A stretch of 64,000 bases of DNA, taken from Minisyncoccota bacterium. Its GTDB lineage: Bacteria > Patescibacteriota > Minisyncoccia > UBA6257 > 2-01-FULL-56-20. The translations under genes were made by a program, and so were the position numbers. The notes beneath the pieces are model-generated. The model was given only the letters and a program-made list of their open reading frames with translations, searched no databases and was not told where the DNA came from. Positions within the stretch are counted from its first letter, which is position 1. Each line of letters opens with the position of its first letter. The DNA lies in NCBI GenBank assembly GCA_035541415.1, contig DATKNI010000030.1, forward strand, positions 1,621-65,620, given 5' to 3'. Below, piece by piece: positions 29,760-39,088 of this stretch.

Positions 29760-32012
29760 ATGCTTTATTTTTTACGGAATGCAATTGCGGTGGCAGCCAC
29801 CGTTAGCTTCGCCTTTTTCGTGTTGTGTCCGGCCGTTCATGCCGACGCTCCGGCAACGGCGACGGCTATGTTTTTTAACCAGCTCGACGACTCGTCGAAT
29901 TCGGTGGGAAGCTGGTACAACGACAATTGGTATCAGCTTGGCCGGGGATTCGCCGGCACCATCAACGCCATAACACTCGAAGGAATGGTCGACGCCGATA
30001 TGTTTTCCGCCTCCGAAATCTATCTCAAAGAATTCGAGGATCAAAATTATACGCGTCTCGTAACGACCTACACGATTTCCGACAATGCTCCTTTCGATCA
30101 TGACGGCTTCAAAAAAATAACTTTCGACCACCTTTCAATCCCGATCAACCCGAGCCATTATTACCGCCTCGATACGTTTCAAAATCGACAAAATACGAGC
30201 GTGATTCTCAAGGGGACGCCCGGCCTCGGTACGGCCATGCGGGACTGGTTTGTCTATGGCACGGGAAAAGTGGAAAGCACCTATCCGTTTTATCCCTACG
30301 TCATCGTCACCGGACAATTCCTCGAACCGCTCGTCATCGTGCCCGGCGTGATGGGGTCGGAACTCAGCGCTTCAGGGACCGATCTTTCGGCGGGCAAGCA
30401 GTATTGGCCCGATGTGACCGATATGGTGAATTCGGACGACGACGCATATCTCAATGCGCTTGCATTGGATGCGAACGGCATGCAGGTTGCGGGAAAGGAA
30501 ATGGCCGCGAGCGACATCGTGCGAGAGGCCACGGGAACCTACAACCGCCTTGTGGTGCCGATACCGATCGACGAAAAAATATACGGGGATCTCATCGCGC
30601 AATTCGTAAACGACGGCTATCACGAAGGAGAAAATCTTTTTGTTGCGCCGTACGATTGGCGCTTGGATCTCGCATCGTCTGCCCAAGCGGTGGGCGGCGT
30701 GATCCAAAACGCCGTGGCACATTCGCCCGACGGGAAAGTCAATATTATCGCCCATAGCATGGGCGGGCTGGCCATAAAACAATACCTGGCGGGGGTTGCC
30801 GACGCGTCGTTCATCCATAAGCTGATCCTTTCCGGAGTTCCGCAGCTTGGCTCGCCAATGATATTTAAAACATTGGAGTACGGCGACAACCTTGGGTTTT
30901 CGGTTGGACCATTCGACATTCTGAATCCCACGGAAGTGAAATCGATTGCGCAAAATATGCCGGGCATCTACGAACTTTTGCCGTCGCGGCGTTTTGTCTC
31001 GGTTGATGGCGGCTATGTTTCGCGCGACTCGCATGATGCGAATGGAAATGTTTCCACGCAAGCGCTTGGATTCGACGACACCAACGCATTCCTCCTTGCA
31101 AACCCCGGTGATTCGCGGAACGCGAGCCTGCTTTCGAGAGCCGACCAGTTCCATGCCGGACTCGACGCCCAGCCGATAGTAGGGTCTACGGGCGCCGCTG
31201 CCGCCGGCACGGAAATCATAAACGTGGTCGGCTGCGAGAACCCCACGCCCTCGCGCTACGACGTGCACGATGACGGTTCGATCGACGTTGATTGGGCGAA
31301 CGGGGACGGCAGCGTCCCGGTTGATTCGGCCATGAACCTTGCAAATGGCTATGAAAATTATTTTGTTTTGAACTCGGAAAATGGCGTTGACCACGAAGGC
31401 CTGGTCCGAGATTCTCCCATGCTCGCGTTTCTTCAAGGAGCCATTGACGGCACGCTCCCGTCGCTCGCGCTCCAATCGCTCGGCATGTCGACGGCAACGG
31501 AAGATTGCCTCGCGGGCCGCGGCGCCGATCGTCCTGCGACATTCGCGGTGAGCGCTTCGGGATCGAGCACGATCGATGTTTACGATGCCGCAGGCAATCA
31601 CGTGGGAGTGAATGCCGCGGGCGACGTCGATCTCCAAATTCCCGGGAGCTCCTACGACACGATTGGCGGCACCACGGTTGTGACGCTGCGGGCGCCGAGC
31701 ACGACTGCGGCAAGCGGCGCCTATTCGGTGACGGTCAAAAAATCAAAGACGGCATCGTCAAAAACAAAGGTTTCGGTGAAGGCGTACGATAGCGCCGTGA
31801 ATGTCGTCACGACAACGGTTTTCTCCGACGTTCCGCTCGATGCGCCGTCGTCATCGGCCACACTCACGATTCGAGCAACATCCACCCCCATCCTCACGGT
31901 CGATGAGGATGCCGCAGGGGCGGCTGCGACCGGCACGGTAATTGCGCCTGACGGCGCTCTCAGTTCGGCGGAGCTTCCGCTCACGGCTGCCTGCGTTCAG
32001 ATAAAAACATAA
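29760..32012 (+). CDS. secreted LCAT-family alpha/beta-hydrolase (lipase/acyltransferase-like) with C-terminal beta-rich domains
   Basis: Signal peptide (AVHA/DAP). PGVMGSEL, APYDWRLD and IIAHSMGG (GxSxG) are the three hallmark LCAT/PDAT-family motifs. The C-terminal ~300 aa are Ser/Thr/Val-rich beta-strand repeats. Confidence 0.55.
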   Translation: MLYFLRNAIAVAATVSFAFFVLCPAVHADAPATATAMFFNQLDDSSNSVGSWYNDNWYQLGRGFAGTINAITLEGMVDADMFSASEIYLKEFEDQNYTRLVTTYTISDNAPFDHDGFKKITFDHLSIPINPSHYYRLDTFQNRQNTSVILKGTPGLGTAMRDWFVYGTGKVESTYPFYPYVIVTGQFLEPLVIVPGVMGSELSASGTDLSAGKQYWPDVTDMVNSDDDAYLNALALDANGMQVAGKEMAASDIVREATGTYNRLVVPIPIDEKIYGDLIAQFVNDGYHEGENLFVAPYDWRLDLASSAQAVGGVIQNAVAHSPDGKVNIIAHSMGGLAIKQYLAGVADASFIHKLILSGVPQLGSPMIFKTLEYGDNLGFSVGPFDILNPTEVKSIAQNMPGIYELLPSRRFVSVDGGYVSRDSHDANGNVSTQALGFDDTNAFLLANPGDSRNASLLSRADQFHAGLDAQPIVGSTGAAAAGTEIINVVGCENPTPSRYDVHDDGSIDVDWANGDGSVPVDSAMNLANGYENYFVLNSENGVDHEGLVRDSPMLAFLQGAIDGTLPSLALQSLGMSTATEDCLAGRGADRPATFAVSASGSSTIDVYDAAGNHVGVNAAGDVDLQIPGSSYDTIGGTTVVTLRAPSTTAASGAYSVTVKKSKTASSKTKVSVKAYDSAVNVVTTTVFSDVPLDAPSSSATLTIRATSTPILTVDEDAAGAAATGTVIAPDGALSSAELPLTAACVQIKT

Positions 32013-32143
32013 CCATGTCCCGCAAGGTCAAAATATGGATCATCGGCATAGCCATCGTGATCATAGCGATTCTCGTAGCCGCCTATTATACGATTCCATT
32101 GTTCGTCCATCTTGACGGATTCGCATCGTAAAAACGGATCGTA

Positions 32144-33481
32144 CTATTCCGGATTCGAGATCAGCGATTTCACCGTCTTCAAGATGATCGCCCAGTCGAG
32201 GACGACGGAACGGTTTTTCAGATAATAGATATCGTATTCAAGCTTTTGCATCACGTCCTCGATCGTGGTGTCTTTGCGCCAGTGGATCTGGGCCCAGCCG
32301 GTCACGCCTGGTTTTGCGAGCAGGCGAACCTCGTAATAGGGGATCTGGGATTTGAGTTTCTCAACGAATTCGGGGCGCTCCGGACGAGGGCCGACAAATG
32401 AAAGGTCGCCCTTCACGATGTTCCAGAGCTGTGGGAGCTCGTCGAGGTGCGAGAGGCGCAGGAACCGTCCGATGCTCGTTGCCCGCGGATCGTTCAGCGA
32501 GCTCCATACGGCGCCGTTCTTTTCGGCGTCGATGCGCATGGTGCGGAATTTGTAGAGCGTGAACGGACGCTCTTTTTCGCCGACGCGGATTTGGCGGTAG
32601 ATGATGGGGCCGCGCGACGTGAGTTTTATGAGGATTGCGATGAGAAGTTCGAGCGGCGAGAGAAGAATGCCGAGCAATAACGCCGCCGTAAATTCCGATG
32701 CGCGCTTGAGCTGGTCGTAAAAGCGAACTTCGGCGGCAACGTTCTCGATGAGCCACGCCTCTTCGACGGCGCGCAGGGGGATTTTGCGCAGGATATTTTC
32801 ATAAAATGCCACAAGATCAATCACGAGGATGCCGCTGCCGAATAATTCGTACAGCGTGCGGACGAGGCGTCCGTCGCGCTTGAGCTGGTGCGGGATGACG
32901 ATGAGATTGATGCCGTGCGCGCGTGCGGCGGCGCGAAGCTGTTCCGGCGCGGCGTATGCCTGGTCTTCGCTGAACTCGGCTCGGATTTCATATCCAAGCT
33001 GGGGAGCTTCGCGCACGACCCGCTTCACTTCTTCCGCGACGATGCCGCTGCCGACGAGAATCGCCTTGTTCGGCGCTTCGCCGAACGTCATCCAGCGATT
33101 TGCGCCGCGCCGCCAGAAAATTTCCGCGATGGCGAAGATGACGGTGAAGATGAGAAGGTTGGTTTTCGGCGTGATGCCGAACGCAGGAACCAAATAGAAG
33201 AGGAGTGCGGCAAGCACGGCGTTCACCGCAAGCGTGAGGAGAAGGGTTTTGATGAAATCGAGATTGTTGCGCAGCCGGCGCAAGTCGTAGAGTCCTGACA
33301 CGTAGAACAGGAGAATCCACAGCACAAAGATGACCGAAAACGCAAAAGCGTGGTCTTTGAGGAATTCGGCATAAAACGAAGCCCGATAGCGGATGAGGAG
33401 CGTCCCAAAAAGCGACGCATAGAGGACGACGACGTCGCCTACGAGTAAAAGAAATACTTTCAGTTTATTTGCGCCTTGCAT
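32144..33481 (-). CDS. undecaprenyl-phosphate sugar phosphotransferase (WbaP/bacterial sugar transferase family)
   Basis: N-terminal TM block plus a C-terminal Bac_transf domain (LYKFRTM...SLNDPR.T..GRFLR...LDELPQLWNV.KGDLS.VGPRP). Confidence 0.85.
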   Translation of the reverse strand: MQGANKLKVFLLLVGDVVVLYASLFGTLLIRYRASFYAEFLKDHAFAFSVIFVLWILLFYVSGLYDLRRLRNNLDFIKTLLLTLAVNAVLAALLFYLVPAFGITPKTNLLIFTVIFAIAEIFWRRGANRWMTFGEAPNKAILVGSGIVAEEVKRVVREAPQLGYEIRAEFSEDQAYAAPEQLRAAARAHGINLIVIPHQLKRDGRLVRTLYELFGSGILVIDLVAFYENILRKIPLRAVEEAWLIENVAAEVRFYDQLKRASEFTAALLLGILLSPLELLIAILIKLTSRGPIIYRQIRVGEKERPFTLYKFRTMRIDAEKNGAVWSSLNDPRATSIGRFLRLSHLDELPQLWNIVKGDLSFVGPRPERPEFVEKLKSQIPYYEVRLLAKPGVTGWAQIHWRKDTTIEDVMQKLEYDIYYLKNRSVVLDWAIILKTVKSLISNPE

Positions 33482-33528
33482 GCCGTTCAATAGTGAATAC
33501 GCCTTTTTGTACCATATCGGTGCGGCGA

Positions 33529-34410
33529 CTACAACTTTGCGATGGCGCGCGCCGCAAGATAGATAGCGATGATGATGGCGGTGATGGCAATCAGCACGAA
33601 AACGAAGAAAATAGTCGCGATGAGGGCCTCCCGGTCTTTCCGTTCCGGCTGGTACAGCGTGCCTTCCTTGCCGAAGCGGATTTCCTTGGACGACATCGTC
33701 CAGGGGCGGCGGAAGATAAGCATCCAGAAATTATTAAGGGCATACCGGAACCCCATCATCCACGCGCCCTCCGCAGCGAGGCGGCGGCCCGACGTGAGGA
33801 TGGGAATCGAGAGTGTGAATTTGACGCGGCCCACTTTGCTGAGGCGGATCGCATTGTCCGTGTCGTCGCCGTAGAACGTGATGTTCACGTTCTGTCCGCC
33901 GATTTTCTGGAACGCATCGCGCCGCACGGTGTAGTTGCCGCCTTGGATCGTGGTTGAGATGCCAAAGAACGTTTTCCCAAAGAGATAAATGCCGTAGTCG
34001 AGATAATAGAAGATGCGCACGAGCATGCGGATGTGCATCGGAAGGTCGTAATAGATGAAGGGGCCGCTCACGCAGACGAGCTTTGGGTCGCGGGCGAATT
34101 CAGCCTCAACTTTTTTGAGCCAGCCCGGCGGCATGATGGTGTCGGCGTCGATGAATGCCACGAGGGCGCCGCGCGACGCGAGGAATCCCGCTTGCCGCGT
34201 TGCGTTTGCTCCGCGCTTTGATTCACGAACGAGTTTCACGCCGGGATATTTTGCCACGACGCCATCCGTGTGATCGTTGGAGCTGTTGTCCGCAACGATG
34301 ACCTCAACATCGTTTCTGCCGGCCGCTTCTTTGAGGATCGATTCGAGGCACGCGCCGATGTAATTCTCTTCGTTGTAGGCGGGTACGACGAAACTGAACG
34401 CGATGTCCAT
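33529..34410 (-). CDS. glycosyltransferase family 2 with C-terminal TM segment
   Basis: FSFVVPAYNEENYI...IVADNSSNDHT GT-A motif. Confidence 0.75.
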   Translation of the reverse strand: MDIAFSFVVPAYNEENYIGACLESILKEAAGRNDVEVIVADNSSNDHTDGVVAKYPGVKLVRESKRGANATRQAGFLASRGALVAFIDADTIMPPGWLKKVEAEFARDPKLVCVSGPFIYYDLPMHIRMLVRIFYYLDYGIYLFGKTFFGISTTIQGGNYTVRRDAFQKIGGQNVNITFYGDDTDNAIRLSKVGRVKFTLSIPILTSGRRLAAEGAWMMGFRYALNNFWMLIFRRPWTMSSKEIRFGKEGTLYQPERKDREALIATIFFVFVLIAITAIIIAIYLAARAIAKL

Positions 34411-34460
34411 ACCCCTAGTTTAGCACGACGAGAGAAGGGTGCTGCGAGGGCGAACCTCCC

Positions 34461-35186
34461 TTATCGCACCGGTTCCCACGTGTCCGACGAGCGCTTAAAG
34501 AGCCAGAATGAAATGCCGTTGTGGATCCATTTGTACATCGTCCGCCATGCGCCAAAATGGTGGAACCGGCGGCCTTCGTGGTAGACGGCAAGGTCCCATG
34601 CGACGCGGGTGTGCCCGAATTTGGCGAGCTTGCCAAAGAGGTCCACGTCTTCCGCGGTCGTGAGGCGCTCATCGAAGCCGCCGGTTTTTTTGAACGCGTC
34701 GGCTTTCACCATGATGAATTTTCCCGACGCGATTCCCACGCGGAGCATTTTATTCAAAAAGAAGAACCAGACATTCATGAGGAACGACACGGCGCGGTCG
34801 CTCCGCGTCGCCACGGCTTCGGAAACTTTGATCTGCGCCGAGAGGCCGAGCAATTTCGGGTCGTTATCAAAACGCGCAAGCGTTTTCCGGAAAAACGTAT
34901 TTGGATCGGGGACGAACGTGTCGGAATCAATGAAGACAAAATATTTTCCAGCGGCAACCGCAACGCCGTCATTGCGTCCCGGCGAAACGCCCGGCTTTTT
35001 GCCGGGGGCAAGGAGGACGACTTTGTCGGCGCAGGTGCGCGCGATTGTGACGGTCTGGTCCGTGCTCGCCGTATCCGAGACGATCACTTCGTGCGGCACG
35101 GTGAGGCGCGAAAACTGGCGGACGGTTTGCTCGATTTTCTTTTCCTCATTGAAAACCGGGATGATGATGGAGAGCAGGGGATCCAT
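34461..35186 (-). CDS. glycosyltransferase family 2
   Basis: LSIIIPVFNEEKKI...VIVSDTASTDQT. ATG at 35184-35186; the longer listed ORF has an Arg/Pro-rich N-terminal extension. Confidence 0.7.
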   Translation of the reverse strand: MDPLLSIIIPVFNEEKKIEQTVRQFSRLTVPHEVIVSDTASTDQTVTIARTCADKVVLLAPGKKPGVSPGRNDGVAVAAGKYFVFIDSDTFVPDPNTFFRKTLARFDNDPKLLGLSAQIKVSEAVATRSDRAVSFLMNVWFFFLNKMLRVGIASGKFIMVKADAFKKTGGFDERLTTAEDVDLFGKLAKFGHTRVAWDLAVYHEGRRFHHFGAWRTMYKWIHNGISFWLFKRSSDTWEPVR

Positions 35187-35191
35187 GGCGG

Positions 35192-35794
35192 CTAGAATTT
35201 CGGCGGCATTTCGCCGAAGCGCTTGCGCATCGCCTTCCCGAATCCCCAGACGATGAGAACGAGTGTAATAATGAGGCCGATGACAAAGCCCCAGCGAAGG
35301 CTCTTGTCTACCACAAAATAGAGGTTGCCGAAGAAATAACCGAGGGCAAAAAGAAATCCGGCCCAAATGAATTCGCCGAAGAAATTGATCGTGATGTATT
35401 TTTTGAACGAAACTTTCGCCGCCCCTGCGGCGATGAGCGTTGCAATCGCAAAACCGAATCCGGTCGTGAGCTTCGAGATGAAAAGGATTTTGGTCTGGTG
35501 CTCCTTGAAGAATTCTTCGGCGCGCTCCACGTTCTGGCTCGAGATATTAATCCAGTGGCCGTATTTTTCGATGAGCGGCCGGCCGCCGTGGCGCCCCACA
35601 AAATACCAGATCACGTCGCCCGTGAGGTCGCCCGCGATCATCGTGAGGTAGATCGGCCAAAAATCAAAAAAATTGAGGCGGACCAGAAAGCCCGCGACCA
35701 TCATTACGACAGGCCCCTCGACGATAGCGAGGGGATAGGCGATCCAGTATCGATACGTTAAGAGCGTTTGTACAAACGGTGCGGTTAATGGCAT
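35192..35794 (-). CDS. DedA/VTT-domain family membrane protein
   Basis: 200 aa. Conserved DedA motifs (FVGRHGGRPLIEKYG, F.SKLT.GF). Confidence 0.8.
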   Translation of the reverse strand: MPLTAPFVQTLLTYRYWIAYPLAIVEGPVVMMVAGFLVRLNFFDFWPIYLTMIAGDLTGDVIWYFVGRHGGRPLIEKYGHWINISSQNVERAEEFFKEHQTKILFISKLTTGFGFAIATLIAAGAAKVSFKKYITINFFGEFIWAGFLFALGYFFGNLYFVVDKSLRWGFVIGLIITLVLIVWGFGKAMRKRFGEMPPKF

Positions 35795-35872
35795 GTTTGC
35801 TCGTCCATTTATTATACTGGATTATACGAAAACAAGGCATTTTGGTGATAGTATTGATTTATACCATCTCAC

Positions 35873-36544
35873 ATGAAGAACCCATTCTGGCGTTATAAGG
35901 GATTCTGGCCGCCCGAGCGGAAGCGATCGATGTATTTGGGGATCGTGCTCCTCGTGCTCGCCATCATCGTGCAGTTCACGCTGGGGCCATTCGGGTCGCG
36001 CCACGCGATGACCGCAGCCCCGGCCGGGGATATTTTTCTCGACAATCTTCCGGTTGTAAATCTGACGGGCGTGATTGTTTTCTGGACCCTCGCGCTGTGG
36101 GTGCTTGCGTGGTGCCTCCTCGTCACGCGTCCGCAGTATTTGATTTTCGGCACCAAGGCGATTGCCGTCTACATTATGTGCCGGGCGTTTTTTGTGAGCC
36201 TCACGCATATCGGCCCGTACCCGATTAATTTTTCGCCGAGCCCGGAAAATATCGGATTCCATTTTTATCAGCTGTGGACGTATCAGGGAAATTTTTTCTT
36301 TTCGGGGCACACCGCATTCCCGTTTCTCATGGCGCTCATCTTTTGGGATGAGAAGATCTGGCGCCGCTTTTTCCTGTTCCTCTCGTTTTTCTTCGGCCTC
36401 ACGGTGCTCCTTGCGCACGTCCACTATTCGATCGACGTATTTGCCGCGCCGTTCATCACCTACGCCACGTTTGTCGCGACGGCCCGGATGTTCCACGACG
36501 ATTACAAGCTTTTGCCGGGAGAGCGGCCCGGTTTGCCGGCGTAG
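35873..36544 (+). CDS. PAP2_C / sphingomyelin-synthase-like lipid phosphotransferase family membrane protein
   Basis: 6-TM protein with C2 (SGHTAF) and C3 (HYSIDV) acid-phosphatase motifs, spaced as in SMS/IPC-synthase-like PAP2_C enzymes. Confidence 0.5.
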   Translation: MKNPFWRYKGFWPPERKRSMYLGIVLLVLAIIVQFTLGPFGSRHAMTAAPAGDIFLDNLPVVNLTGVIVFWTLALWVLAWCLLVTRPQYLIFGTKAIAVYIMCRAFFVSLTHIGPYPINFSPSPENIGFHFYQLWTYQGNFFFSGHTAFPFLMALIFWDEKIWRRFFLFLSFFFGLTVLLAHVHYSIDVFAAPFITYATFVATARMFHDDYKLLPGERPGLPA

Positions 36545-36584
36545 CTTCTTGCCGCTCGCGCGAGATCGCGATATCATTACCCGT

Positions 36585-37445
36585 ATGGAACAAAACGAAC
36601 ACGATAAGGAACAAAAACACGAGGCGGAGGCGCACGGCTCTCTGGAGTCTGATGCGCGCGCGGCGGAGGCCGTTTCGGCTCCGGTGAAGAAAGATAAATT
36701 TTTGCCGGTTAGCATTCTGATTGCGGCGATCGTGATCGGCGGGTCAATTGTGTTCGCGACGGTTTACCACCCTGCGGCGCAGCAGCCTGCAACCGACGGA
36801 ACCGGCGCCCAGCCGGGCGGCGCGGCGCAAACGGGCAATCTCGCCGGAACGGAAGAAACGGCAGCCCAGATCAATACGCTCGGCCCGCGCGACGCCATCC
36901 TCGGCGACCCGAATGCGCCGATAACGCTCATCGAATACGGCGACTACCAGTGTCCGTTCTGCAGCCGCTACTTCACCACGCTTGAACCGACGATCCAGCA
37001 GCAATATATCAACACCGGAAAGGTGAAGATGGTGTTCCGGAATTTTGCATTCCTCGGCTCCGAGTCGACGCTCTCTGCCGAAGCAGCCGAATGTGCGGAA
37101 GATCAAAACCAGCTGTGGGCTTATCACGACGCGTTGTACAAGGCGAAAGCGGCTGATTTTGCGAAGGGGAATGGGGAAGATGATGGGTTCTTTACGCAGG
37201 CATTTCTCCTCCAAACCGCGCAGAATCTCCATCTCAATGTTTCGACGTTCACGTCGTGCCTCACAGCCCACAAGAACCAGAGCCTTGTCGCGCAGGAATA
37301 CCAGGATGCCGCAAAGGCCGGCGTAAACTCGACGCCCTCCACGTTCATTAACGGCAAGATGGTTGTGGAAACGGATGGTTCGAGCGCTGGTGCGGATAAT
37401 GCTTTGATCCTCAAGGAGCTCGCCGACGCGACAGCCGGAAAATAG
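36585..37445 (+). CDS. DsbA-like thioredoxin-fold thiol:disulfide oxidoreductase, membrane-anchored
   Basis: N-terminal TM anchor, CPFC active site in IEYGDYQCPFCSRYF. ATG at 36585 follows the PAP2_C stop. Confidence 0.7.
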   Translation: MEQNEHDKEQKHEAEAHGSLESDARAAEAVSAPVKKDKFLPVSILIAAIVIGGSIVFATVYHPAAQQPATDGTGAQPGGAAQTGNLAGTEETAAQINTLGPRDAILGDPNAPITLIEYGDYQCPFCSRYFTTLEPTIQQQYINTGKVKMVFRNFAFLGSESTLSAEAAECAEDQNQLWAYHDALYKAKAADFAKGNGEDDGFFTQAFLLQTAQNLHLNVSTFTSCLTAHKNQSLVAQEYQDAAKAGVNSTPSTFINGKMVVETDGSSAGADNALILKELADATAGK

Positions 37446-37466
37446 TTACACGAGCAAACAAGAAAT

Positions 37467-37490
37467 CCCGGGGCGGCCCCGGGTTTTTTT
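37467..37490 (+). terminator. rho-independent terminator (cccggggcggccccggg + T7)
   Basis: GC-rich hairpin followed immediately by TTTTTTT, 20 nt after the DsbA stop. Confidence 0.7.
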
Positions 37491-37495
37491 ACGGC

Positions 37496-37523
37496 TTGAC
37501 ATATAAGGATATGCTAATATGAT
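37496..37523 (+). promoter_or_regulatory. sigma70-like promoter TTGACA-16-TATGAT giving a leaderless arsR transcript
   Basis: Perfect -35 hexamer. The -10 ends 6 nt before the ATG at 37530, so the mRNA is probably leaderless. Confidence 0.45.
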
Positions 37524-37529
37524 TATTAC

Positions 37530-37877
37530 ATGCCCACCAACTGCAAAGAAATCGAACGCTTTGGAAAGGGGATCGGCAATGAAGCCCGGTACCGGATCCT
37601 CCAAGCGCTTTTGAAGGGCCGCAAAACCGTGAGCGAGCTTGTGACGATCGCGCGCTTGAGCCAGCCCGCCGTTTCCCAGCATCTCAAAACGCTCAAAGCA
37701 AGCGAACTCGTCATCGATGAGCGGCGCGGCAAAGAAGTGTTTTATGCGGTGAACGCCGAGTATCTTCTTGAGCTGCTCGCCCGGCTTTCGCAGGATGCCC
37801 GTCCGTGCATGGACGGGAGAGCGAAAGCGAAAGCGGCGAAAAGGCCAAGGATGTCGAAAATGCAAAAGGTCAAATAA
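37530..37877 (+). CDS. ArsR/SmtB-family metalloregulatory transcriptional repressor
   Basis: Winged HTH with ELVTIARLSQPAVSQHLKTLK. Confidence 0.75.
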   Translation: MPTNCKEIERFGKGIGNEARYRILQALLKGRKTVSELVTIARLSQPAVSQHLKTLKASELVIDERRGKEVFYAVNAEYLLELLARLSQDARPCMDGRAKAKAAKRPRMSKMQKVK

Positions 37878-37897
37878 TAATTAATAAAAATTTAACA

Positions 37898-38491
37898 ATG
37901 GATCCGATCAAGATTAAGGTGATTATCGGCAGCACGCGTCCGGGCCGTTTCAGCGAGAAGCCGGCGCGGTGGATTTTTGAAGAAGCAAAGAAAGTCGAAG
38001 GCGTGGAAGCGGAGCTGCTCGATCTGCGGGATTATCCGTTGCCGTTTTTTGACGAGGCGCTGCCGCCTTCGATGACAAAAGAGCCGTATGCGAATCCCGT
38101 CGTACAGCAATGGACCGCAAAAATTGCCGATGGAGACGCGTTCATCGTACTGACGCCGGAATATAACCACGGCCCGTCGGCGGTCCTCAAGAATGCGATT
38201 GACTATGTCGGCAAGGAGTGGAACAAGAAGCCGGTCGGTTATGTGAGCTGGGGAAGCGTGTCCGGCGCTCGCGTCGTGGAGATGCTCCGCTTGACTGCGG
38301 TCGAGCTCCAAATGGCGCCGATCCGGCAGGCGCTCTATCTGCCCGGCACGGTGTATATGGCCGTGAAAGACGTGCCGACGGAAGCCATAAAACCGGAGAT
38401 GTTTGAAGCGGTCGCTCCGGCACAAGCCGCGTTTTTTGCCCAACTTATGTGGTGGGCGCGGGCGCTCAAGACGGCGCGGTCAGCCGGGTAA
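37898..38491 (+). CDS. NADPH-dependent FMN reductase (flavodoxin-like fold)
   Basis: IKVIIGSTRPGRFSEKPARWI N-terminus typical of NADPH-dependent FMN reductase/ArsH-like proteins. Immediately downstream of arsR. Confidence 0.7.
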   Translation: MDPIKIKVIIGSTRPGRFSEKPARWIFEEAKKVEGVEAELLDLRDYPLPFFDEALPPSMTKEPYANPVVQQWTAKIADGDAFIVLTPEYNHGPSAVLKNAIDYVGKEWNKKPVGYVSWGSVSGARVVEMLRLTAVELQMAPIRQALYLPGTVYMAVKDVPTEAIKPEMFEAVAPAQAAFFAQLMWWARALKTARSAG

Positions 38492-38544
38492 CGGGCGTTC
38501 GGCTAAATTGCCCGCAAGCGGCTCGCGGCGTACAATGACCCTAT

Positions 38545-38736
38545 ATGGCCAAATCGTGGACAACGCTCATCGTGGGAGTCTGGATCGTGATCTCTCCCTG
38601 GCTCCTCGGATTCGCGGATATCTCCGTCATGAAATGGAGCAACCTCGCGGCCGGAACGGTAGTCATCCTGTTCGCCGTCTGGGACATCTTCGGAGAAAAG
38701 CCGCAAACACCATCGGTCGAAGAACATAAAAAATAA
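38545..38736 (+). CDS. SPW-repeat small membrane protein
   Basis: 63 aa, two TM helices, SPW motif (ISPWLLGF). Confidence 0.5.
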   Translation: MAKSWTTLIVGVWIVISPWLLGFADISVMKWSNLAAGTVVILFAVWDIFGEKPQTPSVEEHKK

Positions 38737-38751
38737 TCAACATTTATCATC

Positions 38752-39003
38752 ATGCCAACCGCACAGCACAAAGTAACCATCTACAGCACGCCGTCATGCG
38801 TGTACTGCAAGATGGCAAAAGAATTCTTTGCCAAGAACGGCGTTTCATATCAAGAGCACAACGTTGCATCCGATTTGGAGGCCCGCAAGGAAATGGTTGA
38901 AAAATCGCAGCAGCTCGGCGTTCCGGTCATCGAAGTCGATGACAACATCATCATCGGTTTCGACCAGAAGACGCTCGAACAGGTTCTGGAACTCAAGAAA
39001 TAA
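38752..39003 (+). CDS. glutaredoxin-like protein (YruB/NrdH-type)
   Basis: 83 aa with a CVYC active site (IYSTPSCVYCKMAKEF) and a thioredoxin fold. Confidence 0.75.
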   Translation: MPTAQHKVTIYSTPSCVYCKMAKEFFAKNGVSYQEHNVASDLEARKEMVEKSQQLGVPVIEVDDNIIIGFDQKTLEQVLELKK

Positions 39004-39012
39004 ATGACGGCT

Positions 39013-39072
39013 GGATGTTCTTGCCCTTTGCCTCCGAGCGAAGACGAGCGTCGGCAAAGGACAAGAACATCC
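39013..39072 (+). promoter_or_regulatory. 20-bp inverted repeat hairpin between the glutaredoxin-like gene and trxB
   Basis: ggatgttcttgccctttgcc ... ggcaaaggacaagaacatcc (19/20 complementary) with a 20-nt loop; read directly. Confidence 0.4.
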
Positions 39073-39088
39073 ATTCCGTAAAATATTC

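Noticed and set aside
36348-36584. N-terminal 79-aa extension of the DsbA ORF
   Set aside because: It overlaps the PAP2_C gene in another frame and is Arg/Ser-rich nonsense. ATG at 36585 directly follows the PAP2_C stop and begins a sensible TM anchor.
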